Shown here: piece after piece, positions 17,201 through 24,284 of the stretch
Numbering within the stretch: the first letter of the stretch is position 1
How the letters are laid out: each line of letters starts with the position of its first letter
DNA from: Candidatus Saccharimonadota bacterium
Lineage (GTDB): Bacteria > Patescibacteriota > Gracilibacteria > UBA1369 > 2-02-FULL-48-14
Direction: 5' to 3'
NCBI GenBank assembly: GCA_041661045.1
Contig: JBAZVE010000001.1
Span: 960,001-992,000, forward strand
DNA: 32,000 nucleotides
The notes under the pieces: model-generated
Database searches by the model: none
What the model saw: only the letters and a program-made list of their open reading frames with translations
Told to the model about the DNA's origin: nothing
Program-made: the position numbers and the translations under genes

Positions 17201-18593
17201 GAGAAATGACTTGCTGTTCGCCATAACTTTTGTAGCCTTTGCTGACGCGTTGGCGAGCAGTACTCATCCAGTTGTCTGCGTTCACCGTCGGACGGTCTTT
17301 GCCCGAAAGTGTGAAGGCGATGGCTTGAAAGACATTGTATGAAATGCTGGGCCCCTGGCTGTTGCGATCAAAAACTTCTCCAGTGAGGCGGAACATGGCG
17401 GCTTTTTCTCCGGTGAGACCTTCGTAAGCGGCCTCTCGCTGTGTTTTTGCCTCCTTCTCTATCCTTATTTTTTCGGCGTCTTCTTGGGCGGAGGGAAGTT
17501 CATTTATTAAAGTCTGTACGGCGGCAAAAAATTTTTCTAAGTGAGGAGTGTTGGCTTCCAATTGATCTTCATTTTTCCCATACACGGCTTTTGCGATTTC
17601 GTTGGAATTGATTTCAAAACGACCTCCCTTAGAAAGAATGCCTCCGTGGAGTGCTTTCCATGTCATGCGGGTGTCGATGAGGCCCACTTGGTCGCGATGA
17701 ATGGCAGCCATCATGCGGAGCGCATTGTAAATGGCTTCTCCACTCTCAAGATCTTTAATGGTCTCGATGTGTTCAAAAGAATTTTCTCCACGGAAAAGCT
17801 CCGGAATTTCTACGCTTGTTCCCGGAAAGCTGACCAGAGTCAGTTCGCTTTGTGCAGGTAGTGCGACCGCTTCGGGAGTTTCTGTATCTTCGGAGGCTGC
17901 GGCAGCCGCTTTTTCTCTAGCAATTTCGTCTTCAACCATAGCTTTTTCATCATCCGTGAAGTGGGTGGAGGGGGTTTCTTCCGGTTCTTCCTCCGGCCCT
18001 TCCCACTCTGATTCAGCAAAGTCTGTTGAAAGTCCCGCAGCCTCTGGTGTCACGGTTACTGGGCCATCTGCCCCATCGAAGGTGATGGGTTCTTGAGCCA
18101 CTTGAGCGGTGCTTGGAATAACTCTTGTTGTGCTCCTTAGGCTGGCTTCAAAGCTTTGCTGATCCAGCGGTGCTGCTTGAGGTACGGGACGCACTAAGTT
18201 TTTGTCTCTTAGGGCGATGTGTTGGTTCAATTGGGTTTGACGGAAGGTGAAGAGGTCTCGCACTTCTTTTTGAGAAAGTGCAAAGTCCTGAATCCTCTCA
18301 AAAAACCTTTCCAGCGCTTCTTTATAACTTTTTGGGCTGAGGATATCCTTTAAGTCTTGAATACGCTTCAGCTCGTTTAGGATCCGATCTAGATTCTCCA
18401 AAAGCACTGCAGCATCGGCGGGGCTGGCTTTATCAATCAATTTGTTTAAATGGCGAACACTTTCCGGAAGGAGAAATTCGGCTTTTTCCACCTGGTCTCT
18501 GACTTCATGAAGTTCGTTTTTGATTGGAGCTTGCTCCGACTGATGAAGTGCCATACGGGTGGGTTTTATTTTTGTTTTAAATCTATTAATCAT
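14277..18593 (-). CDS. Giant protein (1438 aa) without signal peptide, unknown family
   Basis: Long ORF with an ATG start (alternative ATG at 18554). N-terminal ~130 aa look helical or coiled-coil, followed by an acidic linker (EWEGPEEEPEETP...). Gly-rich amphipathic beta-like segments lie mid-protein, and the tail is Pro/Gly-rich. Only 2 Cys. No TM, signal peptide or catalytic motif that I recognise. Confidence 0.85.
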   Translation of the reverse strand: MINRFKTKIKPTRMALHQSEQAPIKNELHEVRDQVEKAEFLLPESVRHLNKLIDKASPADAAVLLENLDRILNELKRIQDLKDILSPKSYKEALERFFERIQDFALSQKEVRDLFTFRQTQLNQHIALRDKNLVRPVPQAAPLDQQSFEASLRSTTRVIPSTAQVAQEPITFDGADGPVTVTPEAAGLSTDFAESEWEGPEEEPEETPSTHFTDDEKAMVEDEIAREKAAAAASEDTETPEAVALPAQSELTLVSFPGTSVEIPELFRGENSFEHIETIKDLESGEAIYNALRMMAAIHRDQVGLIDTRMTWKALHGGILSKGGRFEINSNEIAKAVYGKNEDQLEANTPHLEKFFAAVQTLINELPSAQEDAEKIRIEKEAKTQREAAYEGLTGEKAAMFRLTGEVFDRNSQGPSISYNVFQAIAFTLSGKDRPTVNADNWMSTARQRVSKGYKSYGEQQVISHARAFDKLMNHENGASYLETLNTYLIHGQNKINGEKNHLGYGKAVSVAPITLENLNDPTFTLSKDQIAAIRYGAMAFAAAEMRVLQNIEAEEITADVNTATNGMVDELTAQIPAGTLTDEQEKALKEDLGGHIQGVLSGLAAIQPGEEVHAMAALEAGALIPLLNKDFPGRLSLQWTVSAGTVLPVLRMHGGLIYQIDLGKKGRTHLEAYARLSAGLSDPQGLIGPTFGLGISRDLNESGTLSLGTGANLGLSKSGDVAGFHPLSLDRNLDKVLQKRIREFKETHKEELETIRTEIYAQIDDLEHVEDPMKKALKAEWESYVNYRIAYGETKDFSKWSKQIKYISAGPTAAVGLKEGGFALGAYITFGVGFRPVTRYIPALLETPDMVSDSMKSGLPVALPVDYKEVQPDWEPIELKDEFLYENDGDKANAEAEAIANASKALAAMNEKLKGQAVLTFNGKFTQLTLQNIDGMVRFYPDAMSDIEAIQDGDGGAPLLNLDSGDALLLRTLETTDPYTGKKLFFVGLTSDENTTIEQIMSQSPSYMEWIQTKDGTTDTRLLKNDKVENPLLRENILTRTDVEAKDNGLVLGDLSLEGAKQNAREVEWETVRMQEGVREVKLFEGLTHDDHEDAKAVAEQLVKTDKMDYDHLAVAANRDTIDSLITERYKNIGVTEPTDQQILLAHQYAMQIGRPDAKEIPWKWNTEAAQAIFGEEDGARVIESLQANANTVSSLPEGSEFLIAIDDSGTRKLLQGYYDFNIHGGMNGAMYAEKDDPAAQSIKGLSEWKKLPANASFKDIRKDMAGLRLAQIADKLYGPEDGRDIKQMVETGVPTHPELAQEFTQDVLKLLKDGQSMVRGNPVTLTEEFFVCLYGKCENLTVARNVEIDYTLTQPKEVKVAATRQALTQEVRPEIGVDYTTLRVSPGVIPIVPGGGFIPPLPGQDKPNLWGSPDELPQNNPGDHTITPQGGQNSPR

Positions 18594-18661
18594 ATCACAA
18601 AATCAGGATGGCCGCAAGAGTCTTCGCTTGGCAATTTTTAAGGTTGAGGCAAGATAGTGGT

Positions 18662-19330
18662 ATGGCGCTACAGACTCCCATCCTCATCACCAATTTTAAA
18701 TCGTACCAAGAGTCCACGGGCCCACGGGCGGTGGAGCTGGCCAAGTTGCATGAACGAGTGGCGAACGAGCTTGGGGTGAACACCGCGATTGTGGGGATGT
18801 TTTTGGATTTGCCCATGCTGGCCTCGTGCGTCAGCATTCCGGTTTTGGCTCCGCATTTGGATGGAGTGGGTTATGGGGCTTATACAGGGCTTATTCCGGT
18901 GGAAGTGGCGCGAGGAGTGGGGATTGACGGGGCGATGCTGAATCATTCGGAGCGACGGATTTCCGATTCGGAGATTGCGCGAGCTTTGGAACGGATGAAG
19001 GCGCTCAATATGCTCTCGCTGGTTTGCGCGGAGAGCTTGGAGGAAGGGAAGAAATTTGCGGATATGGGGGCGGATTTTGTGGCGATTGAAGTGCCGGAAT
19101 TGATTGGAGGAGAGGTTTCTGTTTCGGTGGCCAGGCCGGAGTTGATTACGGAGGCGGTGGCTAAAATAGGAGCCGGAAAAGTGATTGTGGGAGCGGGAAT
19201 AAAGACGGCGGACGATGTGCGCATTGCGCTGAGTCTGGGGGCGGTGGGAGTTTTGGTGTCCAGCGGGGTAGTGAAAGCCGCGGATCCTTTGGCGAAATTG
19301 CGTGAATTGTGCGGAGCTTTGCGGGCGTAA
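18662..19330 (+). CDS. tpiA: Triosephosphate isomerase, archaeal type (~222 aa)
   Basis: ILITNFKSY (catalytic Lys), MLNHSERR (His) and AIEVPELIGG (Glu). Short length and overall collinearity with archaeal TIMs such as Pyrococcus (from memory). The ORF extends to ATG 18608, but that extension has no TIM counterpart. Confidence 0.9.
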   Translation: MALQTPILITNFKSYQESTGPRAVELAKLHERVANELGVNTAIVGMFLDLPMLASCVSIPVLAPHLDGVGYGAYTGLIPVEVARGVGIDGAMLNHSERRISDSEIARALERMKALNMLSLVCAESLEEGKKFADMGADFVAIEVPELIGGEVSVSVARPELITEAVAKIGAGKVIVGAGIKTADDVRIALSLGAVGVLVSSGVVKAADPLAKLRELCGALRA

Positions 19331-19351
19331 GTGGAATTTAATTTAAGAATT

Positions 19352-20578
19352 ATGTTTAAAGTTCCCGGTGGACTTTTTCCTCGCTTGATTGCATTCTTCC
19401 CTCTGCTTTTTCCATTGTATTTTTTTAGGGGAACTTTGCTTGGCGTGCCGGTGTCCTTGCCGGAGTTGGTGCTTGGAATCTTGTTTGTGCTTTTCCTTTT
19501 GCAGGGGTATGAATTTCGTTTAAGAGACTGGAAGCTTTGGCCGGTACTCCTGTTTTTGCTGGCGGCGGGCCTGAGCATCGCGGTGGTTTTTGTGGGAGAT
19601 GGAAGTGGGGAGCTCCCCCGCATGGTGGATGGAACGGAATTCCCCGCCAAGATGAAGGCGCTGGGCATTTTAAAGGGATGGATTGTGGCGCCGGTGCTTT
19701 ATTTTGTGATGGCTCGCACGATTTTTAGGGAAAAACCTTCGATGATGTTCTGGGCCCTCCGGGCGCTGGTGCTCAGCGGAGCGGTTTTATCGGTTTTGGC
19801 CTTGGTCCAAGTGGTGACGGGAGATTTTTTAACCCCGGATATGCGCGCCTCCGGGCCTTTTGAATCGGCCAATTATTTGGCGCTTTATCTGGGGCCTTTG
19901 GTGGTTTTTGCGGGCTTGGCTGCCGTGGAAAGTGATTCAAAAGGCGATAGGATTTTCTTGGGGATTTGCGCCGTACTTGGCGCCGCCGCGCTGTTTTTTT
20001 CCAAATCCTACGCGGGGTGGATTGCGGTGGCCGGTGCCGGGTCTTTGGGTCTTTTGCTTCTGGCGCGGCGGCGCAGCAGAAAATCGTTTTGGATTGCATT
20101 CGCCGCTTTGTTTGGACTTGGATTGGTTCTTTTGCTTTCTCAGCTCGGTACCGATAAATTCGCTCAATTTGTGGACTTTGCCGGACGCTCTTCTTCCAGC
20201 GTTCGCCTCCAAATTTATGAAATTTCCACCGCCTTGATCGCCGATCATCCGCTTTTGGGCATTGGTATGGGGCAGTTTGAACAACAGTATCAGGAGGTGG
20301 CTGAGGTGGTTTTGGGCTCCGCTCCTTTTGAGTGGAACATGCTGCACCCCCACAATATTTTATTGGCCTTTTGGCTCAATATGGGTCTACTCGGCCTTGG
20401 CGCTTTTGTTTGGCTCTGTGGCAGGGCTCTTTTGTGGCTCACCGAACGCGATAAAAAAGAACGGCACCTCGTGGCCCTGATGCTGGTGACCCTGCTCATC
20501 CATGGTCTTTTCGACACCCCTTACTTCAAAAACGACCTGGCTTTTCAGTTCTGGCTCTTCATGGCAATGCTGCTTTAA
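19352..20578 (+). CDS. O-antigen ligase-like (Wzy_C domain) polytopic membrane protein
   Basis: More than 10 predicted TM helices. A periplasmic-loop-type motif RLQIYEISTALIADHPLLGIGMGQF is followed by HPHNILLAFWLNMGLLGL, as in WaaL/PglL/Wzy_C proteins. A GTG at 19331 is an alternative start. Confidence 0.75.
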   Translation: MFKVPGGLFPRLIAFFPLLFPLYFFRGTLLGVPVSLPELVLGILFVLFLLQGYEFRLRDWKLWPVLLFLLAAGLSIAVVFVGDGSGELPRMVDGTEFPAKMKALGILKGWIVAPVLYFVMARTIFREKPSMMFWALRALVLSGAVLSVLALVQVVTGDFLTPDMRASGPFESANYLALYLGPLVVFAGLAAVESDSKGDRIFLGICAVLGAAALFFSKSYAGWIAVAGAGSLGLLLLARRRSRKSFWIAFAALFGLGLVLLLSQLGTDKFAQFVDFAGRSSSSVRLQIYEISTALIADHPLLGIGMGQFEQQYQEVAEVVLGSAPFEWNMLHPHNILLAFWLNMGLLGLGAFVWLCGRALLWLTERDKKERHLVALMLVTLLIHGLFDTPYFKNDLAFQFWLFMAMLL

Positions 20579-20615
20579 GCCCTTGTGAGGAAAGTTTTCG
20601 TGATCGTGGTCGTCC

Positions 20616-20990
20616 TTACTCCTTTTGTTTATGGACTAAATACTGAGATACAAACCAAATTTGACCATCGATAGTAACAGGCCAAAAGCTGCCAATGTGT
20701 GGGAAATCAACCCCGGTAGCTGCTTCCATCATTAATGTGTCAGGCACAATAACCCTTTGATTCGTCTCTAGTACACCTTGTACCCTACCCCTTCCTGTTT
20801 CTATGAGCACTGCTATTCCTTTTTTTAATTCATGAGCAGCTGCTGCGTCTTGATACTTGGGATCATTATAAGTGGCTGCCATTACTTCTGGATCCACACT
20901 CGTCAGGCCTGTGAGAGTCAAAAAAGAACACACCTTTCTTTTGCTTGGAATTTCAATGACATCACCACCTGTTTCTATACCTTTTCCCAT
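20616..20990 (-). CDS. Hypothetical protein (orphan, lower-GC patch)
   Basis: 124-aa ORF with ATG start and no recognisable motif. GC is visibly lower than in the neighbouring ligase-like gene. A promoter-like motif lies upstream. Confidence 0.5.
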   Translation of the reverse strand: MGKGIETGGDVIEIPSKRKVCSFLTLTGLTSVDPEVMAATYNDPKYQDAAAAHELKKGIAVLIETGRGRVQGVLETNQRVIVPDTLMMEAATGVDFPHIGSFWPVTIDGQIWFVSQYLVHKQKE

Positions 20991-21058
20991 ATATTGAATT
21001 TAAATTTTCTTAGGTAGCCTCAGTCAGCCTATCCTTGGATGATGGCGAATTGAGGCTT

Positions 21059-21087
21059 ATTTAAGCCAATTTCTAACGAACTGTCAA
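21059..21087 (-). promoter_or_regulatory. sigma70-like promoter TTGACA-N17-TTAAAT for the 124-aa orphan
   Basis: Reverse complement of 21059-21087 reads ttgaca gttcgttagaaattggc ttaaat. Located just downstream of the HNH gene stop. Confidence 0.4.
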
Positions 21088-21102
21088 GTAAATTTAGGTT
21101 CT

Positions 21103-21984
21103 TTAGACCTCCCTCCGTTTCTCTTGCACCTTTAGATTGATCGCATGCGCAATGGCATGGTGGTCTTTGCAGAGTGGGGCCAGGTAATGAGGATCATGCG
21201 CGTGGCTCAGTGCGAAGGTTTGGGTGTGGTGGACTTGCTCCGCCGGCTTTCTACAGCTTGGGATTGAGCACTTACTGCCGTGCTCTTGATCTAAAACCTT
21301 CTTGGTGCGGGCGGGAATATGACGAGATTGTGTCGGCTCCAGGCCTTCGCTTATGGCCACTTTCTCTTCAGCGATCTCTTGGTCCCGTTTATCAAGGAGA
21401 TCCGTAAGGATTTCATCCACATTGAGGCCTTTTTCTTGTAAGGTCAGGAGTCTTTTTGTAAGCTCCGTGCTGAGCCGAAGGTCTTGCGCGCGCAAGGATT
21501 TTGCCTCAAATAATGGCTGTAGTAAGCCATTTCTATTTTGGTCGGCTGCCTGTTCAGCCATGATTTTCTGATCCCGTACCAAAGTCTCCACTGCACTTTG
21601 AGAAAGATTTTGAACCGCTTCGGCCCATTCTTCTTCATTCTCAGTGCTTGCCACGGAGGCCACCCTTGCAAGCTTGTTCACGCTTACACTTCCCTCCACC
21701 AAGAGGGCCCTCAAAGCGGGTTTATCTGAAAAACATTTCTCAAGATTCAGGGCGGTTCTTACTTGCTGTTCACTCAGTCCCGCAAGTTTAAATGCACATT
21801 CAAAAATGGATCCGAATCCTTTCCTTTCATACAAACGGCGACGGTTGAGTTCGGGGAGAAGTCCTATAAACTTATGCCTCCATTCCAGGGCGTTTCTTCC
21901 ATAAAGTCGTGCCTTTTCGTACAGTTCCCCGTCTGTGAGGCGAGTCGAATAGTCAGGCGTGGATGTCAAAGAATTGGGGGTCAT
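21103..21984 (-). CDS. HNH endonuclease domain protein (DUF222-like N-terminal region)
   Basis: C-terminal HNH/zinc-ribbon pattern CSIPSCRKPAEQVHHTQTF...LAPLCKDHHAIAH. The N-terminal helical region RRRLYERKGFGSIFECAFKLAGLSEQQ is typical of this family. The ORF extends to a GTG at 22026; I prefer ATG 21984. Confidence 0.85.
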   Translation of the reverse strand: MTPNSLTSTPDYSTRLTDGELYEKARLYGRNALEWRHKFIGLLPELNRRRLYERKGFGSIFECAFKLAGLSEQQVRTALNLEKCFSDKPALRALLVEGSVSVNKLARVASVASTENEEEWAEAVQNLSQSAVETLVRDQKIMAEQAADQNRNGLLQPLFEAKSLRAQDLRLSTELTKRLLTLQEKGLNVDEILTDLLDKRDQEIAEEKVAISEGLEPTQSRHIPARTKKVLDQEHGSKCSIPSCRKPAEQVHHTQTFALSHAHDPHYLAPLCKDHHAIAHAINLKVQEKRREV

Positions 21985-22128
21985 ATTTGTAGGGTTAATG
22001 AACCTTAATTCTAAACCAAAATCCACCTCATTAACAGGTTAAAAGCATCCTTTTGAGTGGCACTCAGTCAAGAATATGGTATGGTGAATGTGTGCTCACC
22101 CTTGTGCGCCACATTCTAGTAAAACCCA

Positions 22129-22533
22129 TCAGTTTCGTGGCAACTTGAAGAAGTCCTTCATGAATTCTTTGAGCTCTGCTTCACTCAGGACATCGGTGGT
22201 CTCCACACCTTTGAGTTTGGGGAAGAGGGCTTTGTTGGTTTCGAGCACGGCTTTGAATTCATGCTTGGCGGTGCCGGGCCCAAAAATCACAATCTCATCG
22301 CTGCCTTCCAAATGCTTTAAAACCTCTTTTCCAAAGGCTTTCATTTGATTGTGGCGGCGGTCGTCGTGGCGGTTCTGATTCACAATGGTTTGGTGCTCGC
22401 TGTCGTCGTGACCTCCTTTGTGGTGGGGCTCAACTTCCGAGTGAAACGAATCCATGTTCACTTCGCCCATTTTATTCGCTTTGAGAACGATGGCATGAGC
22501 GTGATCGATCCAGATGCCTGTAAGAGTTGTCAT
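22129..22533 (-). CDS. Hypothetical protein, host-attachment-protein / baeRF-like (tentative)
   Basis: 134 aa. N-terminal GIWIDHAHAIVL, a His-rich middle (HHKGGHDDSEHQ...RHDDRRHNQ), and C-terminal FGKEVLKHLEGSDEIVIFGPGTAKHEFKAVL...LSEAELKEF. This layout resembles host-attachment / eRF1-domain-3-like proteins. The family call is from memory only. Confidence 0.6.
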   Translation of the reverse strand: MTTLTGIWIDHAHAIVLKANKMGEVNMDSFHSEVEPHHKGGHDDSEHQTIVNQNRHDDRRHNQMKAFGKEVLKHLEGSDEIVIFGPGTAKHEFKAVLETNKALFPKLKGVETTDVLSEAELKEFMKDFFKLPRN

Positions 22534-22592
22534 GGGAATGGGGGTTATCGGCTTTCTTTAAAAAAACGCACCCTTATGATAGTCTTCTTTGC

Positions 22593-22961
22593 GTGAAACT
22601 TACAGGAAAAATTGTTCATGGGCAGGGGCGCGGAAAAGCGCTTGGGTTTCCCACTCTTAATATAGAAGGGGATTTTGTAGACCTTGAACAGGGAGTTTAT
22701 GCGGTTTGGGTTGATTTTGGTCAAGGCCGATTTAGAGGTGCAATGAATTACGGACCCCAGCCTACTTTTGAAGGTATGCAAACACGAGCGGAGGTTTTTG
22801 TGCTGGATTTTGAAGGGGATTTGTACGGAGAGACGGCCGAAATTACAGTGGTAAAAAAGACTAGAGAGGTGCAGAAGTTTGATTCGGCAACCGCCCTACA
22901 AGAGCAGATTCAGAAAGATGTTGGCCTTGTGCGCGGCCTCCTTTATAATGACCCCACTTAA
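22593..22961 (+). CDS. Riboflavin kinase (stand-alone RibF C-terminal-type domain)
   Basis: GKIVHGQGRGKALGFPTLNI, GVYAVWV, NYGPQPTF, EVFVLDFEGDLYGE and REVQKFDS match the bacterial flavokinase domain. The ORF's ATG at 22527 would overlap the divergent gene's start codon. An in-frame GTG at 22593 gives ~122 aa with the motif near the N-terminus. Confidence 0.85.
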   Translation: MKLTGKIVHGQGRGKALGFPTLNIEGDFVDLEQGVYAVWVDFGQGRFRGAMNYGPQPTFEGMQTRAEVFVLDFEGDLYGETAEITVVKKTREVQKFDSATALQEQIQKDVGLVRGLLYNDPT

Positions 22962-22970
22962 CTCCTCGCC

Positions 22971-24284
22971 GTGGAAGCCATCAAAAATCTCTTTCGCAAA
23001 CTTCTTCCGCATCAGCATCCCATTCGTTTGTTTTTTCATAAGGTGGTGGCCATTGCGGCCGCTTTTAGATACGGCTTCCCCGCCAATGGCATGACGGTGA
23101 TTGCGGTGACGGGGACCAAAGGAAAAACCAGCACCTCCAATATGATCCACAAGATTTTTACGGAGGCGGGAAAGAAAACGGGCCTGCTCACCACCATCAA
23201 CTTTAAAGTGGGTGAGGATGAAGAGCGCAACACCACCAATCACACCACCATTGGTCCTTTTCAACTTCAAAAAAAGATTCGTGAAATGCGCGATGCTCAG
23301 TGTGAAGTTTTAGTGGTGGAGGTGACCAGCCACGCCATTGTTCAATCGCGCCTTTGGGGTATTAATGTGGATACGGTGGTCTTCACCAACTTGAGCCAAG
23401 ATCACTTGGACTACCACGGGACCATGGAGGAATACCGCAACGCCAAGGGACTTTTGTTCGAAGCCCTCAATCACTCGCCACGAAAAGTGGGCGTGTCTAA
23501 AATTTCTGTGGTGAATCAAGATGATGCCGAGCATGAATATTTTAATAAATTTCCTGCCGACCAGCTCTTTGAATACGGGATTGTTAAGGGCAGCTACACC
23601 GCACGAACTGTGGAGCCTTACGCGGAGGGAAATCGCTTTTTGCTTCGCATCCCCAATGGGGAGTTGCCTATTGATTTAAAAATTCCCGGCCGAATGAATG
23701 TCTATAATGCACTTGCGGCAGCCACGGTAGCCACGGCGCACCGCATCAATCTTGCCACTATTCAAAAAGCCTTGGAGTCCATGAAGCCTCTGCCCGGAAG
23801 ATTGGAGGTGATTGAGGAAGGCCAGCCCTTCACCGTGGTGGTGGACTTTGCACACACGGAAGAATCTTTGAAACAGGTTTTGCAGATGTTTCGTGAACTC
23901 ACCAAGGGCAAGCTTATTGTGGTTTTTGGGGCCACGGGGGAGCGGGATACCGGCAAGCGACCTAAAATGGGAGCGGTGGCGCATCAATATGCCGACCATA
24001 TTGTGCTCACCAATGACGATCCTTATGGAGAAGACCCTTTAAAGATTGCGGAGATGGTTCGTGGAGGTATTCCTCGGCATGAGGGCCAGGGCTTTTGGCA
24101 GGTTTTGAATCGAAAAGAAGCCATTCGTTTGGGGCTTTCCTTGGCGCAAGAGGCAGCCGATACGGTTATTGTGGCGGGGAAAGGAGCGGAGGCCTATCAG
24201 TTGCTGGGGAATCAGAGGATTCCGCACGATGATCGCTTGGTGGTTCGTGAAGTGCTTTCAAAAGCCATTGATATCGCCTTATGA
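22971..24284 (+). CDS. murE: UDP-N-acetylmuramoyl-L-alanyl-D-glutamate ligase (MurE family), short N-terminus
   Basis: P-loop VTGTKGKTS, then TNLSQDHLDYHGTMEEYRNAK, DFAHTEESL and GATGERDTGKRPKMG. 437 aa with the P-loop already at aa 48-54. The stop overlaps the truB ATG (ATGA). Confidence 0.9.
   Translation: MEAIKNLFRKLLPHQHPIRLFFHKVVAIAAAFRYGFPANGMTVIAVTGTKGKTSTSNMIHKIFTEAGKKTGLLTTINFKVGEDEERNTTNHTTIGPFQLQKKIREMRDAQCEVLVVEVTSHAIVQSRLWGINVDTVVFTNLSQDHLDYHGTMEEYRNAKGLLFEALNHSPRKVGVSKISVVNQDDAEHEYFNKFPADQLFEYGIVKGSYTARTVEPYAEGNRFLLRIPNGELPIDLKIPGRMNVYNALAAATVATAHRINLATIQKALESMKPLPGRLEVIEEGQPFTVVVDFAHTEESLKQVLQMFRELTKGKLIVVFGATGERDTGKRPKMGAVAHQYADHIVLTNDDPYGEDPLKIAEMVRGGIPRHEGQGFWQVLNRKEAIRLGLSLAQEAADTVIVAGKGAEAYQLLGNQRIPHDDRLVVREVLSKAIDIAL

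Noticed and set aside
18608-18661. Longer tpiA start at ATG 18608
   Set aside because: The extra 18 aa (MAARVFAWQFLRLRQDSG) have no TIM counterpart and would leave only 14 nt between divergent start codons. ATG 18662 gives the archaeal-TIM-like N-terminus MALQTPILITNFK.
18943-19668. 241-aa antisense ORF across tpiA and the ligase-like gene
   Set aside because: Shadow ORF with a Ser/Pro/Lys-rich low-complexity translation. Both sense genes are well supported.
22054-22066. Palindrome TGAGTG-g-CACTCA upstream of the HNH gene
   Set aside because: It is a perfect 6-bp inverted repeat, but it is a single occurrence with no convincing adjacent -10 element. It could be an operator, but that is unsupported.
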